Assembly (NCBI GenBank): GCA_963718235.1 | Contig: CAVQYR010000001.1 | Span: 1,408,001 to 1,472,000, forward strand | DNA from: an uncultured Actinomycetota bacterium | GTDB lineage: Bacteria > Actinomycetota > Actinomycetes > JAHEKZ01 | Direction of reading: 5' to 3' | Length of the DNA stretch: 64,000 nt | Shown: one piece after another, positions 1 to 11,206 of the stretch | How positions within the stretch are numbered: the stretch's first letter is position 1 | Layout of the letters: each line of letters opens with the position of its first letter | Position numbers and translations under genes: made by a program | Notes under the pieces: model-generated | What the model saw: the letters and a program-made list of their open reading frames with translations, nothing else | The model's database searches: none | Told to the model about the DNA's origin: nothing

Positions 1-112
1 CGGGTGTGGCCCGCCTGGTCGGATACGCTCCCGGCCACGCGACAGCCCTCACGGAGGAGTACCGAAGGGCCAGCCGTCGCGCCAGGGGGGTCGTCGAAAG
101 GGTGTTCTACGG

Positions 113-1399
113 GTGAGCCGACCGTCTGCGCGTGGAGAGCTCCACGCCCGCGGCTCCTACCGAAGACTGCTCGACAACCGCGAGATCCTCGGCGTCTTGT
201 CCTGGCGGGGCCTGTCCTCGATGGGCGACCAGGTGGCGCGGGCGGTCCTGGCCCTGGTGGTCCTCCAGCGAGCCGACGGAGGTCCGGTCCTCAGCGCTCT
301 CGTGCTCGCGATCGGCTACCTCCCGATCACCTTCGGGTCGGCGATCCTCGGCTCCCTCGCCGACCGCTTCCCCCGGCGCACGGTGATCCTGGTCTGCGAA
401 GCAGCCCGGGCCGTCCTCGTGGCGGGCCTGGCGCTCATGGTGTCCCAGGATGCGACGCTGGGGTCGATCCTGCTGGTCCTCCTGGTCGCCGAGATGTTCA
501 GTCCTCCCTCGGCCGCGGCGTCGCAGTCGCTGCTGCCCGACCTCGCGCGCGACCATGCGGAGTACCAGACCGCGTACGCCGCACGGGGGACCATCGACCA
601 GACCATGCAGGTCCTGGGGTTCGTCCTCGGCGGCATCGCACTCCAGCTGTGGTCCGCGGAGTGGGCCCTGCTCTTCGACTCGCTCACCTTCGTCGGTGGC
701 TTCTTGATCGTCGTGGTGTTCGTTCGGCGTCGCCCGGCCGCTGACGTCGCAGGCACGTCGGTCCGCCGCATCTTCGGCGACATGAGACTCGGCGCCCAGA
801 CCATTCGGTCCTCGGCGGCGCGCAGCTGGCTGGCCGTCCTGGCCTGGACGTCGGCCGCCTTGCTCGTGGCCACCGACGGTGTCGCCCTGCCCTATGCCAG
901 CACCCATGGCGCTTCGGACGCGGTGGCCACTGCGCTCCTGGCCGCCACGCCGGCCGGAGCGGCCATCGCCTCGGTGTTCGTCGGGCGCCTCTCGATGGCC
1001 CGACAGCTGACCGTGCTGTTCCCGCTTGCCGGTGCCTCGACGATCCCCATGGTGGTCACCGGGTTCGACCCACCGGTGTGGGTGGCCTGGGTGCTCTGGT
1101 TCGGCGTCGGGCTCTGCCAGGGGTACGTCGTCACGGTCATGACCCTCACCGTGCTGCTCACCCCGCTCGAGCAGCGGGGTCGGGTCACCGGACTCGTGGC
1201 CGCAGGGTTCAACGCAGTCGCTGCCCTGACCCTGCTGGTGATGGGCGCGCTGACCCAGGCGGTGACGGCGGCGTTCGCCCTGTCCATCACCGGGTCGCTG
1301 GGCCTGGTGGCCGTTCTGGTGCTCTGGATCCTGTGGCCGCAGCGGGCGATCAAGCAGGCGGTCCGGACCACGTATGGTGCGACATCTCGCCGGGGATGA
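113..1399 (+). CDS. MFS transporter (MFS_3/H+ antiporter-like)
   Basis: 428 aa with about 12 hydrophobic segments and MFS motif A ([10 protein letters not shown]); immediately upstream of tdh. Confidence 0.85.
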   Translation: MSRPSARGELHARGSYRRLLDNREILGVLSWRGLSSMGDQVARAVLALVVLQRADGGPVLSALVLAIGYLPITFGSAILGSLADRFPRRTVILVCEAARAVLVAGLALMVSQDATLGSILLVLLVAEMFSPPSAAASQSLLPDLARDHAEYQTAYAARGTIDQTMQVLGFVLGGIALQLWSAEWALLFDSLTFVGGFLIVVVFVRRRPAADVAGTSVRRIFGDMRLGAQTIRSSAARSWLAVLAWTSAALLVATDGVALPYASTHGASDAVATALLAATPAGAAIASVFVGRLSMARQLTVLFPLAGASTIPMVVTGFDPPVWVAWVLWFGVGLCQGYVVTVMTLTVLLTPLEQRGRVTGLVAAGFNAVAALTLLVMGALTQAVTAAFALSITGSLGLVAVLVLWILWPQRAIKQAVRTTYGATSRRG

Positions 1400-1409
1400 G
1401 GGGACACAC

Positions 1410-2450
1410 ATGAAGGCGATCGTCAAACCGGGGTCCGCGCCGGGGCTCGAGCTGCAGGACGTCCCTGTCCCGCCGGTGGGGGGTGGTGACGTCTTGATCA
1501 AGGTCCTGCGCACCGGCATCTGCGGCACCGACCTGCACATCCGGAGCTGGGACGCCTGGGCGGCCGACACGCTCCGTCCGCCACTCGTCATCGGCCACGA
1601 GATCGTCGGCCGGATCGTGGAGGTGGGTGCGGGCGTCGACTCGGTGAGCGTCGGCGAGGTGGTCAGCGTCGAAGGGCACATCGTCTGCGGGCGTTGCCGC
1701 CACTGCCGTGCCGGTCGACGCCAGCTGTGTCCGAACACCATCGGCGTGGGTGTCGACAGGGACGGTGGGTTCGCGGAGTACATCGTGGTTCCGGTCACCA
1801 ACGTGTGGCGGCACCGGGAGGGGATCGACCTCGACGTGGCCGCGATCTTCGATCCGTTCGGCAACGCGGTCCACTCCGCACTGTCCTTTCCCGTGCTGGG
1901 TGAGGACGTGCTGGTCACCGGCGCCGGACCGATCGGCGTCATGGCGGCCGCGGTGGTGAGGCACGCCGGCGCGCGCCATGTCGTGGTCACCGACGTGAAC
2001 GACTTCCGGCTGGGGCTCGCCGAGAAGATGGGTGCCTCGCGCGTGGTCAACACCAGCACGTCCTCGCTCGACGACGTCGTGACCGAGCTCGGCATGGTGG
2101 AGGGGTTCGACGTCGGACTGGAGATGTCCGGTGCCGCGCCCGCGCTGCACGGGATGCTCCAGGCGATGGCCAACGGGGGGCGGGTGGCGCTGCTCGGGCT
2201 TCCCGGCGGGTCGAGCGAGCAGTTCGCCTTCGACTGGGTCCGCGTCATCACGTCCATGCTCACGATCAAGGGCATCTACGGCCGGGAGATGTTCGAGACC
2301 TGGTACGCCATGTCGGTGCTCGAGGCAGCCGGGCTCGACATCAGTCCCGTGATCACCCACCGGTTCCGGTACGACCAGTTCGAGGAGGCGTTCGACGTCG
2401 CCGTCGAGGGGCAGTGCGGCAAGGTCGTGCTCGACTGGTCGGAGGCCTGA
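1410..2450 (+). CDS. tdh: L-threonine 3-dehydrogenase
   Basis: MKAIVK start after GAGGGG; [11 protein letters not shown], Zn cluster [34 protein letters not shown]; next to kbl. Confidence 0.96.
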   Translation: MKAIVKPGSAPGLELQDVPVPPVGGGDVLIKVLRTGICGTDLHIRSWDAWAADTLRPPLVIGHEIVGRIVEVGAGVDSVSVGEVVSVEGHIVCGRCRHCRAGRRQLCPNTIGVGVDRDGGFAEYIVVPVTNVWRHREGIDLDVAAIFDPFGNAVHSALSFPVLGEDVLVTGAGPIGVMAAAVVRHAGARHVVVTDVNDFRLGLAEKMGASRVVNTSTSSLDDVVTELGMVEGFDVGLEMSGAAPALHGMLQAMANGGRVALLGLPGGSSEQFAFDWVRVITSMLTIKGIYGREMFETWYAMSVLEAAGLDISPVITHRFRYDQFEEAFDVAVEGQCGKVVLDWSEA

Positions 2451-2451
2451 G

Positions 2452-3636
2452 ATGCTCGACGACCTGCGCGCCGAGCTGACCACCCGGATCGAGGAGATGC
2501 GCTCCACCGGGGTGTACAAGCCGCAGCGGGTGCTCTCCACGCCGCAGGGGGTCCATGTCCGCGACGACCACGAGCGGCCGATCCTGAACCTGTGCGCCAA
2601 CAACTACCTGGGGCTGGCCGACGACCCTCGGGTCGTGTCGGCAGCACATGCCGCCCTCGACCGCTGGGGGTTCGGCATGGCCTCGGTGCGCTTCATCTGC
2701 GGCACCCAGGAGATCCATACCGAGCTCGAGGGGCGACTCAGCGAGTTCCTCGGGACCGAGGACACGATCTTGTTCGGCTCCTGCTTCGACGCCAACGGCG
2801 GCGTGTTCGAGGCGCTGCTCGACGAGCGTGACGCGGTAATCTCCGACGCGCTGAACCACGCGAGCATCATCGACGGCGTTCGCCTGTGCAAGGCCCGCAG
2901 GTACCGGTACGCCAACCGTGACCTGGCCGAGCTGGAGGCGCGGCTGAGGGAGTCGTCCGACGCGCGTTACCGGCTCGTCGTCACCGACGGTGTGTTCTCG
3001 ATGGACGGCTACCTGGCGCCGCTGGACGAGATCTGCGCCCTGGCCGACCGGTACGACGCCCTGGTCATGGTCGACGACTCCCATGCGGTCGGGTTCGTCG
3101 GCCCCACTGGGCGTGGCACGCCGGAGCTGTTCGGGGTGGCCGACCGGGTCGACATCGTCACCGGCACGCTGGGCAAGGCGCTGGGAGGTGCCAGCGGGGG
3201 CTACGTCGCCGCGCGCCGGGAGGTCGTCGAGCTGCTTCGGCAGCGGGCCCGGCCGTACCTGTTCTCCAACAGCGTCGCGCCGGCCGTGGTCGGAGCCTCG
3301 TTGGCCGTGCTCGACCTGCTCGAAGGCAGCAGCGAGCTGCGCGAGCGGGTGCACCACAACGCCGCGCGGTTCCGCGCCGCGATGAGCGACGCCGGGTTCG
3401 AGCTCCTGCCGGGGGAGCACCCGATCGTCCCGGTGATGTTCGGCGACGCGGTCGTGGCCAGCGCGGTGGCCGAGGCGCTGTGGGCACAGGGGGTGTACGC
3501 GGTCGCCTTCTCGTTCCCGGTGGTCCCGACCGGACAGGCCCGGATCCGGGTGCAGCTGTCCGCGGCGCACACCGACGACGACGTGGACCGGGCGGTGGAG
3601 GCGTTCGTCCAAGCGGGCGCCGAGGTCGTTTCGTGA
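2452..3636 (+). CDS. kbl: Glycine C-acetyltransferase (2-amino-3-ketobutyrate CoA ligase)
   Basis: [42 protein letters not shown] (PLP lysine), RPYLFSN. Confidence 0.96.
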   Translation: MLDDLRAELTTRIEEMRSTGVYKPQRVLSTPQGVHVRDDHERPILNLCANNYLGLADDPRVVSAAHAALDRWGFGMASVRFICGTQEIHTELEGRLSEFLGTEDTILFGSCFDANGGVFEALLDERDAVISDALNHASIIDGVRLCKARRYRYANRDLAELEARLRESSDARYRLVVTDGVFSMDGYLAPLDEICALADRYDALVMVDDSHAVGFVGPTGRGTPELFGVADRVDIVTGTLGKALGGASGGYVAARREVVELLRQRARPYLFSNSVAPAVVGASLAVLDLLEGSSELRERVHHNAARFRAAMSDAGFELLPGEHPIVPVMFGDAVVASAVAEALWAQGVYAVAFSFPVVPTGQARIRVQLSAAHTDDDVDRAVEAFVQAGAEVVS

Positions 3637-3654
3637 CGGTTCGTCCCGTCGCAC

Positions 3655-5343
3655 CTACAGCTCGTCCTCAAGGTCGGTGATGCGTCGCTGCGCCTCTTCG
3701 TGGGCCACCTCGTGGGCCGACGAGGACCCGGTCACCGCCTCGAGGAACGGCTCGCGCTCCAGCGTGTAGACGCGGACCGCGACCTTGAGCCGTCACCGTC
3801 GCCGTACGTGGGACATCGCGCAGCAGGGCGATCTCCCCGAAGTAGCCGCCCTCTCCGGTCGACGTGATGACCTGACCGTCCTTGACGATGTCCACGGTGC
3901 CCTGGGCCACCAGGTAGAACAGGTCGCCTTCGTCACCCTGGCGCACGATCTCGGCGTCGGCGTCGAAGTCGACGGCGACCAGATCGCGGGACAGCTGCTC
4001 GAGCGTGGGCTGGGGGAGGAGCCCGAACATCGGTACCGACTGCAGCAGCGCGAAGCCTGGTCCGGGAAGCATCGCCTGGGCATCGAGGGGCCGGATGCGG
4101 GCCCAGAACGACAGCCCGATCGCCGGCAGCAGGGCACCGGTGGCGAGGAACGCACCGCGGGGTCCGAACAGGTGGACGAGGATCGGGGCGATGGCCGAGC
4201 CGACGGCCTGCCCGCCCATCAGCAGGCTCTCCTGCACGCCGAAGATCCGCGGGAGAGCACGTCGGGTCGGACCGTCCGTTGCAGAAGCGTGCGGCCGGCG
4301 ACGTCGACGAAGGACTTGCCGAGACCTGACACGGCGAGTAGCAGCCAGGCCACGAGCGGGAGGGTGTCCAACGCGACCAGCATCAGCGGAACGCCGGTTG
4401 CCAGCATGCCCAGCGCGATCGGCGGGGGCCAGCCGACGACGTCCGATCAGCACGATGGTCGATGCAGCGCCGACCAGGGCTCCGATGCCGATGGCGGACA
4501 CGAACAGCCCCGGGGAGCTCGGCCCCAGGTCGAGGATCTCGATGCCGAGAACGACGGTGAGGATGTCCAGGATGCCAATGACGACGAACTGGGCACCCAC
4601 GACGCCCGTCAGCATCAACGCGCCTGAGTCGGTGCGGAGCTCGCGCAGGCCGGCGAGGGTCGCCGCGACCGGGCTCTCGCCGGACTCGTCCGGCTCGAAG
4701 GTGCGTTGCAGCCGAAGCGACCGGGTGATCAGCGCCGACCCGACGGTCAACGCGCCCATGATCAAGAACACTTCCCCCGGGCCGGAGAGCCCCAGGACCA
4801 GCGCGGCCAGTAGCGGACCCACGAACAACGAGGCACCCTCGACCGTGCTGGACGCTGCGTTTCCGGCGGTCAGCTGCTCGGGGGTCTCGGCGATCTCGGG
4901 GATGATGGCGTTGTGCACCGGACGAGTCAGCACGATCGAGGTCGCCGCGCACGCCGCCAGCACGTACACCGCAGGTCGCGGCAGGCCGGCGACCAGCCCG
5001 ACGCCCGTGGCGATCATCGTGACCGCCTGGATCGCGTACCCCAGTGACAGGGCGTGGTCACGGCGCATCCGGTCCCCGATCACCGAAGCGAACGGCGCCA
5101 CGAGGGTGGCAGGGACGAGCTGTATCACCGCGATGAGACCGGCCGCGGCAGCTCCGCCGGTGTCGTAGGCCCACACAAGGATGGCGACCCACGTCGCCCA
5201 CTCGGTGGTGTTGAACACGAAGAACGCCAGCAGAACCCGCCGCAGTGACCCACTCTGAAGCACCGCGACGAGCGGGTGAGCGCGATCGTCCGGCGTGGCG
5301 ACCGCGCGGGCGGCTCCGGGCCGTTCGCGTTGGCTGGGTCCAC
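3655..5343 (-). CDS. MFS transporter fused to a C-terminal cyclic-nucleotide-binding domain (about 4 apparent frameshifts)
   Basis: MFS helices followed by IVRQGDEGDLFYLV...YFGEIALLRDVPRTATV (CNB phosphate-binding cassette). Frame changes near 5270, 4425, 4250 and 3785; reconstructed end ...RITDLEDEL* at 3655. Confidence 0.8.
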
Positions 5344-5460
5344 GCCGTCCCCTGCGTCATCGGTCGAGGGCGATGGTGATCGTCAACGGGCGGCCGCGCA
5401 CCTCCCCACACCGCGGACATGGGGGAGACTGAGGACGTGCGACGACACGAAGGGGTGGAC

Positions 5461-6606
5461 ATGGCTGACGAGGTCGGGGCGTTCGCGAAGCTGGCGGGGA
5501 TCCATCCGCCACGGGGCCGCTACGCGGTGCTCGTCGACGCCGGGTACCTGATCTCCAGCACCGGCGAGCTGGTCGTCGGGACGGCGCGCCGCCGCGACCT
5601 CACCGTCGACGTCACCGGCCTGATCGGCTCGGTGATGGCCCGGGTGACCGAGCAGTACGGCGAAGACCTCCTGCGCGTCTACTGGTACGACGCGGCACGG
5701 GACCGGGTGCCGACCGTCCAGCAACGGCAGATCGCCGCGCTGCCCCACCTGAAGCTGCGGCTTGGGAACGTCAACCGGGCAGGGGTCCAGAAGGGAGTCG
5801 ACGCCCTGCTGCGCGTCGACCTCGTCGGCTTGGCGGCGACCCGCGCGGTCGGCGACGTCGTGCTCGTCGCCGGGGACGAGGACATGCTCGAGGCGGTGGA
5901 GTCCGCGCAGGCGCACGGCGTCCGGGTGCACCTGTGGGGGATCGAGCCGCCGTTCGGGGTCAACCAGTCCGAACGGCTCGTGTGGGAGTCCGACACCGTG
6001 CACGTGCTCAGGCGCGACGCGGTCGAGGACTACGTCCGGGTCCGGGTGCCCCCTGGGGACCGGGCCACCCGTGAGGCCATGGCCAAGGTCGCCGCTGCGA
6101 TCGAGGAGGCGCCGGCGACGGTCGACGTGGCGCCGCCGCTGCCTGTTCCCGTCGAGGCCGCCCCGGCTGCCACCGAGCCGGCCCCGACCGCAGCCGAGGA
6201 GGTGGTGCCCGCCCGCCCGACCCCGGCGCAGGTGGCGGCGAGCTTGGGCGTGCAGGGGACACCGGCTCCGCCACGCCAGCCACGGACTCCTCCGCCCGTG
6301 CGGGTCGGGCTACCGGTGCCGGTCGACCTCACCGGGTCGCTGTCGGTGCCCGCGGAGGAGCTACGGTCGTTGGGCCAGGAGATCGCCGGTCGCTGGCTCG
6401 TCGAGCGTGGCCGGGAGAACCTCGCCGACCTGCTCCCGGGTCCAGACCTGCCAGCGGTGATCGACCAGGAGCTGCTCGTTGCGGCCGAGGGTCAGGTCGG
6501 GTTCGGCCTGCGCGCGTACGCCGAGGCGCGTGAGGCGTTGCGGACCGGGTTCTGGGAGCGGCTGTACGAGGAGTTCGACCTGCACGTCGGGGTCTCCGAC
6601 CACTGA
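5461..6606 (+). CDS. NYN (LabA/DUF88-like PIN fold) domain protein with a Pro/Ala-rich linker
   Basis: YAVLVDAGYL, LRVYWYD, QKGVD, LVAGDEDM acidic motifs. Confidence 0.85.
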   Translation: MADEVGAFAKLAGIHPPRGRYAVLVDAGYLISSTGELVVGTARRRDLTVDVTGLIGSVMARVTEQYGEDLLRVYWYDAARDRVPTVQQRQIAALPHLKLRLGNVNRAGVQKGVDALLRVDLVGLAATRAVGDVVLVAGDEDMLEAVESAQAHGVRVHLWGIEPPFGVNQSERLVWESDTVHVLRRDAVEDYVRVRVPPGDRATREAMAKVAAAIEEAPATVDVAPPLPVPVEAAPAATEPAPTAAEEVVPARPTPAQVAASLGVQGTPAPPRQPRTPPPVRVGLPVPVDLTGSLSVPAEELRSLGQEIAGRWLVERGRENLADLLPGPDLPAVIDQELLVAAEGQVGFGLRAYAEAREALRTGFWERLYEEFDLHVGVSDH

Positions 6607-6621
6607 CTCCCAGGGCCTGGC

Positions 6622-6846
6622 TCAGCGGTTGACGGACGCACCGCGCAGGCTCTCCAGCGCGGTGCCGACCAGCGGCACGACCGCGTCGGGGTCCTGGTCG
6701 ACCAGGTCGATCAGGTCTTGGCGCATCGCGGGGGTCCAGAAGCTGCGCAGGTGCGTGGCCACGGCGTCTGCGGCCTCGTCGGCGGGCAGGTGACCGACGT
6801 TGGCCGCGATCTGGTTGGCCATCCGGACCAGGCTGGAGTCGGTCAC
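6622..6846 (-). CDS. fdsD: NAD-dependent formate dehydrogenase delta subunit (FdsD-like)
   Basis: GTG overlaps the fdsA stop (GTGA); LVRMANQIA...HLRSFWTPAMR signature; 74 aa. Confidence 0.88.
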   Translation of the reverse strand: MTDSSLVRMANQIAANVGHLPADEAADAVATHLRSFWTPAMRQDLIDLVDQDPDAVVPLVGTALESLRGASVNR

Positions 6847-9665
6847 TGGGCGGCACCGGCCACGGGGGCTTCGTCGGCCACCGGGTCGGACTCGACCGGG
6901 GCGGTCACCCGCTGCACCTGCACGGCGGTGACCTTGTACTCGGGGCAGTTGGTGGCCCAGTCCGAGTACTCGGTGGTGACCACGTTGGCGCCGCTCACCG
7001 GGTGGTGGAAGGTCGTGTAGACGACACCGGTGGGCATCCGGTCGGCGATCTTGGCCCGCATGGTCGTGTCGCCGACCCGGCTGACCAGGCGCACCCAGTC
7101 GCCGTCGTTGATCCCTCGGTCCTCGGCGTCGTGCGGGTGGATCTCCAGCACGTCCTCGTGGTGCCACACCACGTTGGCCGTACGGCGGGTCTGCGCACCG
7201 ACGTTGTACTGGCTCAGGATCCGACCCGTGGTGAGGATCAGCGGGAAACGTCGGGTGCTGCGCTCGTCGGTGGGCACGTAGGGCGTCTCGACGAAGTTGC
7301 CTTTGCCCCGGACGAACCCGTCGACGTGCATGATCGGCGTGCCCTCGGGCGCGGCGTCGTTGCACGGCCACTGCACACTGCCGAGCTTGTCGAGCTTGTC
7401 GAACGAGACGCCGGCGAAGGTGGGCGTCAGTGCCGCGATCTCGTCCATGATCTGGCCGCTGGTGTCGTAGTGCATGGGGTAGCCCATGGCCGCGGAGATG
7501 GCACAGGCGACCTCCCACTCCTGCATCTCGCACTGGGGCTTCATCACCGGGCGCACCCGGTTGATCCGTCGCTCGGCGTTGGTGAACGTGCCGTCCTTCT
7601 CCAGGAACGACGTGCCGGGCAGGAACACGTGGGCGAACTTGGCCGTCTCGTTGATGAACAGGTCCTGGACGACGAGCAGGTCGAGTGCGGCCAGTGCGGC
7701 CTTGACGTGCTTGGTGTTGGGGTCGGACTGGGCGATGTCCTCACCCTGCACGAACAGCCCACGGAACGTGCCGTCGACCGCGGCGTCCAGCATGTTCGGG
7801 ATGCGCAGGCCGGGCTCGGACTCCAGCGGGCGTCCCCACACCTGCTCGAAGACCTCGCGGACGACGTCGTCGGACACGTGCCGGTAGCCGGCGAGCTCGT
7901 GGGGGAAGGAGCCCATGTCGCACGAGCCCTGCACGTTGTTCTGCCCGCGCAGCGGGTTGACCCCGACCCCGTCCCTCCCGATGTTGCCCGTGGCCATGGC
8001 GAGGTTGGCCATGCCCATGACCATGGTCGAGCCCTGGCTGTGCTCGGTGACCCCGAGGCCGTAGTAGATGGCGGCGTTGGGTGCACCGGCGTACAGGCGG
8101 GCTGCCTCGCGCAGCTCGGCGGCCGGAACGCCACTGACCGACTCGGTGGCCTCCGGGCTGTTCTCCGGGCCGGCGATGAACGACGCCCACCGGGCGAAGG
8201 CCTCGGTGTCGCAGCGCTCGTCGACGAACTGCTGGTCGACCAGGCCCTCGGTGACCACGACGTGAGCCAGGGCGTTGACCACGGCCACGTTGGTGCCCGG
8301 CTGCAGCTGGAGGTGGTGCTCTGCCTCCACGTGGGGGGAGCGCACGAGGTCGATCCGACGTGGGTCGATGACGACCAGCGAGGCGCCCTCGCGCAGCCGC
8401 CGCTTCAGCCGCGAGGCGAAGACGGGGTGCCCGTCGGTCGGGTTGGCGCCGATCACGACGACGACGTCGGCCTTGGCCACCGACTTGAAGTCCTGGGTGC
8501 CTGCGGAGGTGCCGAAGGTCTGCTTGAGTCCGTACCCCGTGGGGGAGTGGCAGACCCGGGCACAGGTGTCGACGTTGTTGTTGCCGAACGCAGCGCGGAT
8601 CATCTTCTGGACGACGTACACCTCCTCGTTGGTGCAGCGGGAGGAGGTGATGCCGCCGATGGCCTGGTCACCGTGCTGCTGCTGGATCTCGCGCAGCCGG
8701 CGTGCGGTGTAGTCGATCGCCTCGTCCCACGAGACCTCGCGCCACGGGTCGGCGATCGTGTCGCGGACCATCGGTGACAGCACCCGTTCCTGGTGGGTGG
8801 CGTAGCCCCAGGCGAAGCGTCCCTTGACGCAGGAGTGGCCTTCGTTGGCCCCGCCGTCCTTGTACGGAACCATCCGCACGACCTGGTCGCCGCGCAGCTC
8901 GGCCTTGAACGAGCAGCCGACACCGCAGTACGCGCAGGTCGTGAGCACCGAGCGGGTGGGGATGCCGAGCTCGATGACCGTCTTCTCCTGAAGGGTCGAG
9001 GTGGGGCAGGCCTGCACACAGGCACCGCAGGAGACGCACTCGCTGTCGATGAACGACTCGCCGGCGCTCGCCGCGACCTTCGACTCGAACCCGCGGCCCT
9101 CGATGGTCAGGGCCAAGGTGCCCTGGACCTCGTCGCAGGCGCGCACGCACCGCGAGCAGGCGATGCACTTGCTGGCGTCGAACGAGAAGTACGGGTTGGA
9201 GGCGTCGGTCGGCGCGTCGAGGTGGTTCTCGCCGGCATAGCCGTAGCGGACGTCGCGGAGCCCGACGACACCCGCCATGTCCTGCAGCTCGCAGTCCCCG
9301 TTGGCCGGGCAGGTGAGGCAGTCGAGCGGGTGGTCGGAGATGTACAGCTCCATGACCCCGCGGCGCAGCTTCTCCAGCTTCGGGGTCTGGGTGCGCACGC
9401 TCATGCCGGGCTCGCACAAGGTGGTGCAGGACGCAGGGGTGCCCTTGCGGCCGTCGACCTCGACCAGGCACAGCCGGCAGGAGCCGAACGACTCGAGGGA
9501 GTCGGTGGCACACAGCTTGGGTACCTCGACCCCGGCCAGGGCTGCGGCGCGCATCACCGACGTGCCGGCCGGGACGGTGACGTCCATGCCGTCGACGGTG
9601 ACCGTGACGTCGACGTCGCTCTCGCGGGCAGGCGTGCCGAGGTCGGGCTCGCGCAACAGCGTCAT
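6843..9665 (-). CDS. fdsA: NAD-dependent formate dehydrogenase alpha subunit (molybdo-bis-MGD, FdsA/FdhF type)
   Basis: Start MTLLREPDLG; 2Fe-2S (CRLCLVE), HPLDCLTC, CIACSRC, CVSCGAC, CAYCGVGC, active-site CARVCHSPT, RGQNNVQG, CPEYKVTAV. Confidence 0.95.
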   Translation of the reverse strand: MTLLREPDLGTPARESDVDVTVTVDGMDVTVPAGTSVMRAAALAGVEVPKLCATDSLESFGSCRLCLVEVDGRKGTPASCTTLCEPGMSVRTQTPKLEKLRRGVMELYISDHPLDCLTCPANGDCELQDMAGVVGLRDVRYGYAGENHLDAPTDASNPYFSFDASKCIACSRCVRACDEVQGTLALTIEGRGFESKVAASAGESFIDSECVSCGACVQACPTSTLQEKTVIELGIPTRSVLTTCAYCGVGCSFKAELRGDQVVRMVPYKDGGANEGHSCVKGRFAWGYATHQERVLSPMVRDTIADPWREVSWDEAIDYTARRLREIQQQHGDQAIGGITSSRCTNEEVYVVQKMIRAAFGNNNVDTCARVCHSPTGYGLKQTFGTSAGTQDFKSVAKADVVVVIGANPTDGHPVFASRLKRRLREGASLVVIDPRRIDLVRSPHVEAEHHLQLQPGTNVAVVNALAHVVVTEGLVDQQFVDERCDTEAFARWASFIAGPENSPEATESVSGVPAAELREAARLYAGAPNAAIYYGLGVTEHSQGSTMVMGMANLAMATGNIGRDGVGVNPLRGQNNVQGSCDMGSFPHELAGYRHVSDDVVREVFEQVWGRPLESEPGLRIPNMLDAAVDGTFRGLFVQGEDIAQSDPNTKHVKAALAALDLLVVQDLFINETAKFAHVFLPGTSFLEKDGTFTNAERRINRVRPVMKPQCEMQEWEVACAISAAMGYPMHYDTSGQIMDEIAALTPTFAGVSFDKLDKLGSVQWPCNDAAPEGTPIMHVDGFVRGKGNFVETPYVPTDERSTRRFPLILTTGRILSQYNVGAQTRRTANVVWHHEDVLEIHPHDAEDRGINDGDWVRLVSRVGDTTMRAKIADRMPTGVVYTTFHHPVSGANVVTTEYSDWATNCPEYKVTAVQVQRVTAPVESDPVADEAPVAGAAQ

Positions 9666-11206
9666 GACGGCTGCACCTCCGGGACGAAGTCGTCGGTGAA
9701 GTGCTGCAGGGCGCTGCGCACGGGCATGGGTGTCAGGCCACCGAGGGCGCACAGCGACCCGTCGACCATGAGCTCGCACAGGTCGTCGAGCAGCACGAGG
9801 TTGGCGTCGCGGTCGGTACCCGCCGCGATCTTGTCGATGACCTCGACCCCACGGACGGCGCCGACCCGGCACGGGGTGCACTTGCCGCAGGACTCCTCGG
9901 CGCAGAACTCCATGGCGAACCGTGCCTGCTGGAGCATGTCGACGGTGTCGTCGAAGACGACGATGCCGCCGTGGCCGACCATGGCACCGATCGCGGCGAA
10001 CGCCTCGTAGTCCATCGGGGTGTCGAGCTGGTCGGCGGGCAGGTAGGCGCCGAGCGGGCCGCCGACCTGCACGGCACGCAGCGGACGGCCGGACGCGGTG
10101 CCGCCCCCGTAGGTCTCCACGAGCTCGCGCAGGGTGATCCCGAACGCCGTCTCGACGATCCCGCCGCGGGCGACGTTGCCCGCCAGCTGCCACACCTGCG
10201 TGCCGAGCGAGCGCCCGACGCCCAGCGCGGCGTAGGCGGCCGCGCCGTCGGAGAGGACCACCGGCACGCTGGCCAGGGTCAGCACGTTGTTGACCACGGT
10301 GGGCTTGCCGAACAACCCCTTCAGTGCGGGCAGCGGCGGCTTGGCCCGGACCATTCCCCGGCGTCCTTCGAGGCTCTCCAGCATGGAGGTCTCCTCGCCG
10401 CAGATGTAGGCCCCCGCCCCGGCCCGCACGTGCAGGTCGAAGGCGTGTCCGCTGCCGAGCACGTCGTCACCGAGCCAGTGCTGGTCACGGGCCGCCTCGA
10501 TCGCACTGGTCATCGTGGTGATGGCGTCGGGGTACTCGGAGCGGATGTAGAGGTACCCCTGGGTCGCCCCGACGGCGATCCCGGCGATGGTCATCCCCTC
10601 GATCAGCAGGAACGGGTCGTCCTCCATCACCATCCGGTCGGCGAAGGTGCCGCTGTCGCCCTCGTCGGCGTTGCACACCACGTACTTCTGGTCGGCGTCG
10701 GCCCCGAGGACGGTGTTCCACTTGATGCCGGCGGGGAAACCGGCGCCGCCGCGCCCTCGCAGTCCGGAGGCGGTGACCTCGGCCACGATCTCGTCGGCGG
10801 AGAGCTCGAGCGCCCGGCGCAGGCCGCGCATGCCACCGTGGGCCAGGTAGTCGCTGGCCGACAGCGGGTCGGTGACACCCACCCTGGCGAAGATCAGCCG
10901 CTGCTGGTCGCGCAGGTAGGGGAGGTCCTCCGGAGCTCCCACCCGCAGGGGGTGGTCGGCGCCGTCGAGCAGCCCGGAGTCGAGCAGGGCCGGGACGTCG
11001 TCGGTGGCGACGGGTCCGTAGCCGACGCGTCCTTCCGGCGTGTCGACCTCGACCAGCGGCTCGAGCCAGAACAGACCGCGCGACCCGTTGCGCGTGACGG
11101 TGAGCTCCAGGCCGCGCAGGTCGGCATGGACCTGCAGCGCCGCGGCGACGTCGTCGGCCCCCACCGAGCGGGCGCCGGAGTCTCGGGGTACGTAGACGGT
11201 CGTCAC
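9662..11206 (-). CDS. fdsB: Formate dehydrogenase beta subunit (NuoF-like FMN/NADH-binding, FdsB)
   Basis: RGRGGAGFP, CNADEGDSG, GAYICGEET, ESCGKCTPCR, SLCALG; translationally coupled to fdsA and fdsG. Confidence 0.93.
   Translation of the reverse strand: MTTVYVPRDSGARSVGADDVAAALQVHADLRGLELTVTRNGSRGLFWLEPLVEVDTPEGRVGYGPVATDDVPALLDSGLLDGADHPLRVGAPEDLPYLRDQQRLIFARVGVTDPLSASDYLAHGGMRGLRRALELSADEIVAEVTASGLRGRGGAGFPAGIKWNTVLGADADQKYVVCNADEGDSGTFADRMVMEDDPFLLIEGMTIAGIAVGATQGYLYIRSEYPDAITTMTSAIEAARDQHWLGDDVLGSGHAFDLHVRAGAGAYICGEETSMLESLEGRRGMVRAKPPLPALKGLFGKPTVVNNVLTLASVPVVLSDGAAAYAALGVGRSLGTQVWQLAGNVARGGIVETAFGITLRELVETYGGGTASGRPLRAVQVGGPLGAYLPADQLDTPMDYEAFAAIGAMVGHGGIVVFDDTVDMLQQARFAMEFCAEESCGKCTPCRVGAVRGVEVIDKIAAGTDRDANLVLLDDLCELMVDGSLCALGGLTPMPVRSALQHFTDDFVPEVQPS

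Noticed and set aside
8540-8570. Selenocysteine in the formate dehydrogenase
   Set aside because: The active-site motif reads CARVCHSPT with Cys codons and no in-frame TGA
9666-10193. N-terminal extension of fdsA in the ORF track (also for ABC-F, S9 peptidase, DUF222, galK, HdeD and glnA)
   Set aside because: The extensions overlap neighbouring genes or promoters; better starts are supported by translational coupling, RBS or leaderless -10 boxes
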